DNA of 63,557 nucleotides from a virus (Duplodnaviria; Caudoviricetes): IMG/VR virus record IMGVR_UViG_3300021791_000002, positions 1 to 63,557 of that record; one strand, 5' to 3'. Shown piece by piece: positions 58,084 to 63,557 of this stretch (position 1 is its first letter; each line of letters starts with the position of its first letter). The notes under the pieces were generated by a model. It saw only the letters and a program-made list of their open reading frames with translations, ran no database searches and was not told where the DNA came from. The position numbers and the translations under genes were made by a program.

Positions 58084-59097
58084 ATGAATCGCGGAGAAAT
58101 TCGGAAGCGTATTGAAAGCGCATTGCAAGATGAGACGAATCGTCATTGGACTGATGATAACATCAACTTTTATATAGATGATGCTCAAAAAGAATTCGTC
58201 AGAAAAACCAAGCATCCTACGACCACCGCGCAACTGTCAATCGGACCTTCCGCCGATAAGACTGGTACGATTTCGGTCGATGGGAGGACGCTTACCGCAA
58301 GTTCGACAGGTCATAGTTTTTTAGTAGGAGATGCAATTTACTTCACAGGTTTTGCACCTGTGACAGAGTATGATGATCAGACTTTTATAGTCAGAAGAAG
58401 TCTGGAGAACAGTTTTGTTTGTTTATTAGACCAAGCGCAGTCAGGCCCGGCAATCACTGATGCGAGTGGTTCCTTCCGCAAGTTAGGTCCAACCTTTTCA
58501 AAACCTTCAGAAATTTCGGAGATTCTTTCAATTACGTTAGACGGAGTTGAGTTAGAGTTTCTTTCAGAGGGTGAAATCAACGCTTTAGCATTCCGGAGTT
58601 CTGGGGACAGTCATATGTTGAGCGGTGAATTTGGTTTAATCCCAAATCCTTTTGACACAAAGATTCCAGATTCAGGAGAACATGCGACACGGTGGCGTGA
58701 TCAGCAGGGGGCAATACAAGCGGTTATAATGACAAGTCGGTTTGCAACTACATTTCGTATTTATCCGGTCCCATATCAGATTGAACACATGTATATTGAC
58801 AAGGAAGCGGACACGAAGATTTTCAAGACATTTGAGATTAGAGGTGTAGTTTCAGTGACAAAGTTAGCAACTGACAGCAGCACTCCACAGGTCAACGAGG
58901 TTTGGCATGAGGCATTAGTACTAGGTGCATTAGAGAGGGCATATTTAAAGGAGACGAATTTGAGGAATGTAGAGAAATCTATGTCTTTCCAGCAGAAGTT
59001 CACAGACATAACAAGAGAGTGTCAGTTGAGCGAGAGTATAAATTCTGCATCGTACGGTGGAGGGAGAAACGAGAATGTAATGCGGGTAGTAAGATGA
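58084..59097 (+). CDS. Head-tail adaptor protein
   Basis: LQD....WTDD.IN.YIDDAQ N-terminus, IYPVP, WHEALV.GAL.RAY. Confidence 0.75.
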   Translation: MNRGEIRKRIESALQDETNRHWTDDNINFYIDDAQKEFVRKTKHPTTTAQLSIGPSADKTGTISVDGRTLTASSTGHSFLVGDAIYFTGFAPVTEYDDQTFIVRRSLENSFVCLLDQAQSGPAITDASGSFRKLGPTFSKPSEISEILSITLDGVELEFLSEGEINALAFRSSGDSHMLSGEFGLIPNPFDTKIPDSGEHATRWRDQQGAIQAVIMTSRFATTFRIYPVPYQIEHMYIDKEADTKIFKTFEIRGVVSVTKLATDSSTPQVNEVWHEALVLGALERAYLKETNLRNVEKSMSFQQKFTDITRECQLSESINSASYGGGRNENVMRVVR

Positions 59098-59978
59098 GTG
59101 CAGGAAAGTTTGATTTTGAGATTGAGCAGGGAAACACGTTCACACTTAGAATCAAGTACCGTGATTCTGCCGGGAACTATTTAGATTTAGGAATTCAGCC
59201 GAACGATTTTTCTCCGGTTCCTATAACTTACGGGGAAGTAACAGCAGTAGGGATAACGACTGCAGGGTCGGGTTACACTGCAGGTTCTCTTGTAGTAACA
59301 CACGGGAGTGCTGGAACAGGGTTTGCGGGAACATATACAGTTGACGGTTCTGGTGCAATCACTTCAATTACAATTACAAGCAAGGGTTCTGGTTACACGG
59401 CAACTGCATTGCCGACAGTCACAGGAGACGCAGGAGGGAGTTCTGCTGTTTTAGGAGTAACATTAAATAGTGAGTTGTGGCAAACAGATCAGTCGTGGAT
59501 TGATATCCCCCAGACTTCTACCACAGGGTCAGGAGAAGGGATAAGGGTCAGCATATCGACTCTTGCAACAACAAGTAATCTTGCAGGTAGACCTAATTTC
59601 ACAATAACTTCATCAGGGACAGGTTACGCAGTAGGAGAGGTAGTGACATTTACTGATCCGGGGAATACGAGTAACACCGCAAAACTTACAATGTTTTCTC
59701 CGTATACAGTAAAGATGAAGATAAGGGATTCTTTGGAGGGTGGAGGTTTAATTTCATCTTCAGAATCTTCAGATTCCGGGTATAATACATTAGTTGCAAC
59801 TTTAGGGAGGGGTTCAGTAACATCAAACAACATTGAAATCTCAATGACGGCATCAAACACAGCCCTTTTAGATTTTGAGGATGCATTTTACGACTTACAT
59901 TTAACAACAGTTGAAACAAGTTTTGTAGACAGGATTATTGAGGGTGTTGTAACCTTAACGAGGCAGATCAGCACATGA
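59094..59978 (+). CDS. Tail/fibre-attachment protein with inserted GSGYT repeats
   Basis: IEQG.TF...YDL...RIIEG framework; ITTAGSGYT, ITSKGSGYT and SSGTGYAVGE repeats. Confidence 0.6.
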   Translation: MSAGKFDFEIEQGNTFTLRIKYRDSAGNYLDLGIQPNDFSPVPITYGEVTAVGITTAGSGYTAGSLVVTHGSAGTGFAGTYTVDGSGAITSITITSKGSGYTATALPTVTGDAGGSSAVLGVTLNSELWQTDQSWIDIPQTSTTGSGEGIRVSISTLATTSNLAGRPNFTITSSGTGYAVGEVVTFTDPGNTSNTAKLTMFSPYTVKMKIRDSLEGGGLISSSESSDSGYNTLVATLGRGSVTSNNIEISMTASNTALLDFEDAFYDLHLTTVETSFVDRIIEGVVTLTRQIST

Positions 59979-60913
59979 GTTCTGTAAACATAGAAACGGT
60001 TCAGACCACAGTTGAGGTTTCAGAAGCAGCAAATGATATTACTGTAGATGCAGGTTCTGAAAATCAGGTAGAAGTAACAATCGGTCGGTTTTTTGAAGAA
60101 ACTGTAATTTCAGGTCCACAGGGTCCACAGGGTGTGCAGGGTTTAACAGGAAATGCTGGCGCAACCGGAAACTTATGGTCTAGCGGAACTGCAACACCAA
60201 CTGGAGGTTCTTCAGGAGATTTTTATTTAAAGACAGATGTTCAGAAGATTTTTCAGAATGTCGCAGGAAACTGGCAAGAGGTTGCAAACATTGTTGACGG
60301 TTCTCAGGGATTCCGCGCAGGGGTTGCATACATTTTTGACGGATTAAGTATCGAAGACAGTGCCCCCGGGGCAGGAAAGCTTAGGTTCAACAAAGCTCAG
60401 TCTTCATTTTCTTTAATAAGCGAGATTTATATCGATGACATTGGAAGTGACAGTTCAACAGATTGGCAGGGTTTATTTAGAACTTTTGATGATTCTACTG
60501 AAGCAATAAAGGGGTCATTGATTTTTCAATCCCGGGCTTCAGCAGACAATTCATTTGCTTTTTTCCATGTCACAGGAATCTCAGAGGAGACAGGTTACTT
60601 TAAAGTATCAGTTTCTCCTGTTTCCGGTGCAAATGTCGCAATAGGAGACGGAGAGAATATTGTATTAAATTTCAACAGGACAGGAGACAAGGGTGCAGAC
60701 GGCACGGTAGGACGTTCTGTTTTAAACGGGACTACTGATCCTGTTTCAGAGGGGGCAGATGGGGACTTTTTTATAAATAATTCAAACAAGTACATTTTTG
60801 GCCCTAAGACAGGAGGATCATGGGGGACAGGGACTTCTTTAGTAGGACCAACAGGTGCTGCTGGCGGAGCAACTGTTGATGAGATTGTGGCATTAAGTAT
60901 TGCATTGGGGTAG
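59975..60913 (+). CDS. Collagen-like tail fibre protein
   Basis: GPQGPQGVQG, G..GDFY, YIFGPK..G.W; ends IALSIALG. Confidence 0.7.
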   Translation: MSSVNIETVQTTVEVSEAANDITVDAGSENQVEVTIGRFFEETVISGPQGPQGVQGLTGNAGATGNLWSSGTATPTGGSSGDFYLKTDVQKIFQNVAGNWQEVANIVDGSQGFRAGVAYIFDGLSIEDSAPGAGKLRFNKAQSSFSLISEIYIDDIGSDSSTDWQGLFRTFDDSTEAIKGSLIFQSRASADNSFAFFHVTGISEETGYFKVSVSPVSGANVAIGDGENIVLNFNRTGDKGADGTVGRSVLNGTTDPVSEGADGDFFINNSNKYIFGPKTGGSWGTGTSLVGPTGAAGGATVDEIVALSIALG

Positions 60914-60916
60914 ATT

Positions 60917-61276
60917 ATGGCTAATACTTTTAAAGTAATTACTAAATCAGATGTAAGCAATAATAGCGTATCACCTACTTCTGTATACACTGTTCAGACA
61001 GGTGTAGATGCAACTGTAATTCTTGGTATTTTAGCAGCAAATAAGCTAGCAACAAGTGCAAAGGTCACATTATTGATTGATTCATCAACTTCAAACGCTG
61101 GTGGAGGCACAAACTCAAATATAACTCTAGCAAAAGATGTATCGATTCCACCCGGAAGTTCGTTAGAATATATGTCAGGACAAAAGTATGTTATGCAAGT
61201 AGGTGATGTATTAAAAACATATTCAGATACTTCAAGTGCAATTGATATTAGTTTTAATTTCATGGAGATAACCTAA
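60917..61276 (+). CDS. Small virion structural protein
   Basis: MANTFK...VYT...SIPPGSSL...GDVLK...MEIT pattern, commonly after IALG-ended fibres. Confidence 0.65.
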   Translation: MANTFKVITKSDVSNNSVSPTSVYTVQTGVDATVILGILAANKLATSAKVTLLIDSSTSNAGGGTNSNITLAKDVSIPPGSSLEYMSGQKYVMQVGDVLKTYSDTSSAIDISFNFMEIT

Positions 61277-62202
61277 TGCCGTTTATTGGGGCACAACCTG
61301 CAGTTGCAGAGGGAACATTAACCACGGAAGGAGTTTCTGGGACTATAAATTATACAGAGTCAAACAAGACTTTGTATGTTGAAGGGGATTCTAGAGTAGA
61401 TCAGGACTTAACTTCAGACAGTACTCCAACATTTGACAATTTGAAGTTGAATGACGGAGGACAAATACAGGAAGGAGGTGGAACATCTGCAATCGAAATA
61501 GATGCTTCAGGAGATGTCACAAAGATTGGACAAGATACTCCTGCAGCAGGAGAGGTGTTAGGATGGAATGACGCTAGCAGTAAGGTTCAGTGGCAACCTG
61601 CATTCAGTGGAGGAGTTAAGTTTTATGGATTCCGTCAGGATATATTTACAGGGAATCTTTTACTGGATTCAGATTCAGGGATAACTTCTGCATTCACACA
61701 TGATTATAATGTTCTTGTAGAAGTATCAGTAAATGTCGCAGGTGTCCCATCAAATATTTTTACAGTAGACGGAAGGTCTGTTGATCAATTATCAACATTA
61801 GGATTTAGTTTTGTAAGAACAGCAACATATAGATTTTATCAAGAGGATTCTTCAAACACTGGGTATGTATTTTCATTTGCAACTTCCCGTGATCCTTCAG
61901 GGGGGACAGAATACACAACTGGTGTTACAAAAACTGGAACTCCGGGATCAAGCGGAGCATACACCGAAATAACTGTACCACAGGGCGCACCTGACATTTT
62001 GTATTTTTTTGCAAAATCAGGAAGTGACACTGTTGCAGGATACGGGGGAGGAGTCTCCGTGATTGGGAGTGAAGACGAGACTTTTACTCCAGATGTGATG
62101 TTGTCTGCTTCACAGCAAGTGTATCGACAGCATTTTGTTGAAACTTCCGGGTTAGACTATTCTATTAGTCATGCAACCGGACATTTGATCGTGACAATAT
62201 AA
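61276..62202 (+). CDS. Tail fibre-associated protein
   Basis: MPFIGAQP start; YRF.Q.DSSN.G...YTTGVT..GTPGSSGAYT.I...APD.LY motif. Confidence 0.65.
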   Translation: MPFIGAQPAVAEGTLTTEGVSGTINYTESNKTLYVEGDSRVDQDLTSDSTPTFDNLKLNDGGQIQEGGGTSAIEIDASGDVTKIGQDTPAAGEVLGWNDASSKVQWQPAFSGGVKFYGFRQDIFTGNLLLDSDSGITSAFTHDYNVLVEVSVNVAGVPSNIFTVDGRSVDQLSTLGFSFVRTATYRFYQEDSSNTGYVFSFATSRDPSGGTEYTTGVTKTGTPGSSGAYTEITVPQGAPDILYFFAKSGSDTVAGYGGGVSVIGSEDETFTPDVMLSASQQVYRQHFVETSGLDYSISHATGHLIVTI

Positions 62203-63557
62203 TGGCTACCGTAGATTTAGGCAAAATTAGAGTTCATTGGCGTGGTGCATACAGTTCAACTACCACATATGAATACAATGATGGTGTTACATACAACAAC
62301 AGTTCATATGCATATATCAATAACACCGCCACCGCAGGTATCACACCTACGACAACCACGCATTGGCAAGTAATAGCGCAGGGTGTTGCAACAATGACTA
62401 CCCGTGGTGATATGGTATTCTACGGGGCATCAGGGAATGAAAGACTTGCTGCCGGGACTTCAGGTCAATATTTACAGACAAAAGGCGCATCTGCTGATCC
62501 TGTTTGGGCAGAAGGATCGTTACCGTCTCAGCAACCCTATCGTGGGGCATTAAAATACACATACACTTCAAGTCAGACTCCACAAGTTTGGCCCGGAACA
62601 ATTGATCCTGCTTCATACACAAACAGCACAGGTATTTTCACAAAGACTGCACACGGGTTGATTGATGGGCAAAGGATCAGATTTGTAGGTTCATCTAATA
62701 TTACTGCAGGAGGTGTTTTTGAGTTAGATTATACTTATTACGTCCGAGATTCTGATGCAAATAGTTTTAAGCTTTGTAAGACTTTTGTTTACCACGAATC
62801 TACACCTACAGTAGGCACTCAAATCACAGGTGGCACAGATATTAATGTAACAGTAACAAATATGTATCGACAACGGTTATGGTCAGATAACTGGATGGGA
62901 TTTGACACAGATTGTTGGGCATTAGGTACAGAAGCATCAGGATTGAGAAAGATTGTTGAAGGCACAACTGTCTCAGAGATTGAGTTTGGTCTGCCAACAT
63001 GTGGCAAAATCGGGGTTTTAATGCATAACAAGCCTATATCTCCATGGAACAACTTTTTTTATATCGATTCTAATTATTCTGTATGGGCATCTGGAAGACA
63101 GGGGCATTCTAATGATGGGAACTATAATGAAAGCGATACAACAGGAAGTGGAGGATGGCAAGTAACAATTTATCCAAAATTCGGAGGGCTTAGAAAAGGA
63201 GAGAAGTTTGTTCATATAATTATGGTCGGTTCTAGGCAGACTTTATTTCGCACTAATATGGGAGGCTTATTTGGTATGGGATATAATGCGTATGGGGTTT
63301 CCGGTGTAGGCGATACAGTGAACCGACCTATGTTGTGCCGTATGCAATACTTTGACGAAAACGATTTGTTCGTCCTTAATGTATGTGCGACTAAAGCTCA
63401 GTATAGTGACTCCGGGCATGGATATCCTACTTGTTATGCAATATGTGCAAAAAAAGGCGCAGGGACAACAGAAGGGATTCCAAACTATGAGTGGAGAGGT
63501 TTATACGCATGGGGACAGAATGATGTTGGAAAAGTAGGAAACGGAAATACGACTGAT
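62202..63557 (+). CDS. Tail fibre/receptor-binding protein, 5' part (continues at window start; about 803 aa in total)
   Basis: MATVDLGKIRVHWRGAY...TTRGD...RLAAGTSGQYL start; open to the window end; absent from the ORF track because it has no stop. Confidence 0.85.
   Translation, partial: MATVDLGKIRVHWRGAYSSTTTYEYNDGVTYNNSSYAYINNTATAGITPTTTTHWQVIAQGVATMTTRGDMVFYGASGNERLAAGTSGQYLQTKGASADPVWAEGSLPSQQPYRGALKYTYTSSQTPQVWPGTIDPASYTNSTGIFTKTAHGLIDGQRIRFVGSSNITAGGVFELDYTYYVRDSDANSFKLCKTFVYHESTPTVGTQITGGTDINVTVTNMYRQRLWSDNWMGFDTDCWALGTEASGLRKIVEGTTVSEIEFGLPTCGKIGVLMHNKPISPWNNFFYIDSNYSVWASGRQGHSNDGNYNESDTTGSGGWQVTIYPKFGGLRKGEKFVHIIMVGSRQTLFRTNMGGLFGMGYNAYGVSGVGDTVNRPMLCRMQYFDENDLFVLNVCATKAQYSDSGHGYPTCYAICAKKGAGTTEGIPNYEWRGLYAWGQNDVGKVGNGNTTD
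63089..63557. repeat. Terminal direct repeat, right copy
   Basis: Matches 1-469 with 14 substitutions. Confidence 0.95.

Noticed and set aside
63089-63557. True physical terminal repeats of the virion DNA
   Set aside because: The repeat lies mid-gene and is imperfect, so it is better explained as an assembly overlap
1-63557. Alternative genetic code (stop reassignment)
   Set aside because: Genes are long and tightly packed under the standard code

Overview
The window is a near-complete, circularly permuted dsDNA tailed-phage genome with podovirus-like organisation. Bases 1-469 recur at 63089-63557, giving a unit length of about 63,088 bp. Modules: packaging and head (terS, terL, portal, scaffold, N4-gp56-like capsid; 48.7-57.5 kb); adaptor, tail and fibres, including an RCC1-like fibre split by the window ends; lysis (holin-like proteins, M15A peptidase); a very large nozzle-like protein; three ejection-type proteins (one Hint-tipped, one LysM-tipped, and a 5066-aa polyvalent protein); a recombination/replication module (PD-(D/E)XK nuclease, AAA ATPase, SSB, RuvC-like, primase-helicase, with no recognisable replicative DNA polymerase); and a minus-strand early/accessory region (39.4-48.2 kb) with sigma70-like promoters. 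Most notable: (1) the 5066-aa protein looks like an injected effector polyprotein (GNAT, zincin HExxxH, three ART-like domains, three copies of an unnamed domain) whose modules are delimited by a recurring [I/L/T/A]-L-[R/E/H]-S motif, a candidate processing site; (2) a palindromic motif GHATCGTACGATDC is dispersed genome-wide in all three reading frames; (3) the two terminal copies encode different, mostly non-synonymous alleles of the fibre; (4) Lys/Glu codon usage flips abruptly at a putative packaging site between terS and terL; (5) repeat-flanked micro-gene cassettes and several structured intergenic RNA candidates. All calls come from reading motifs by eye; no database searches were run.
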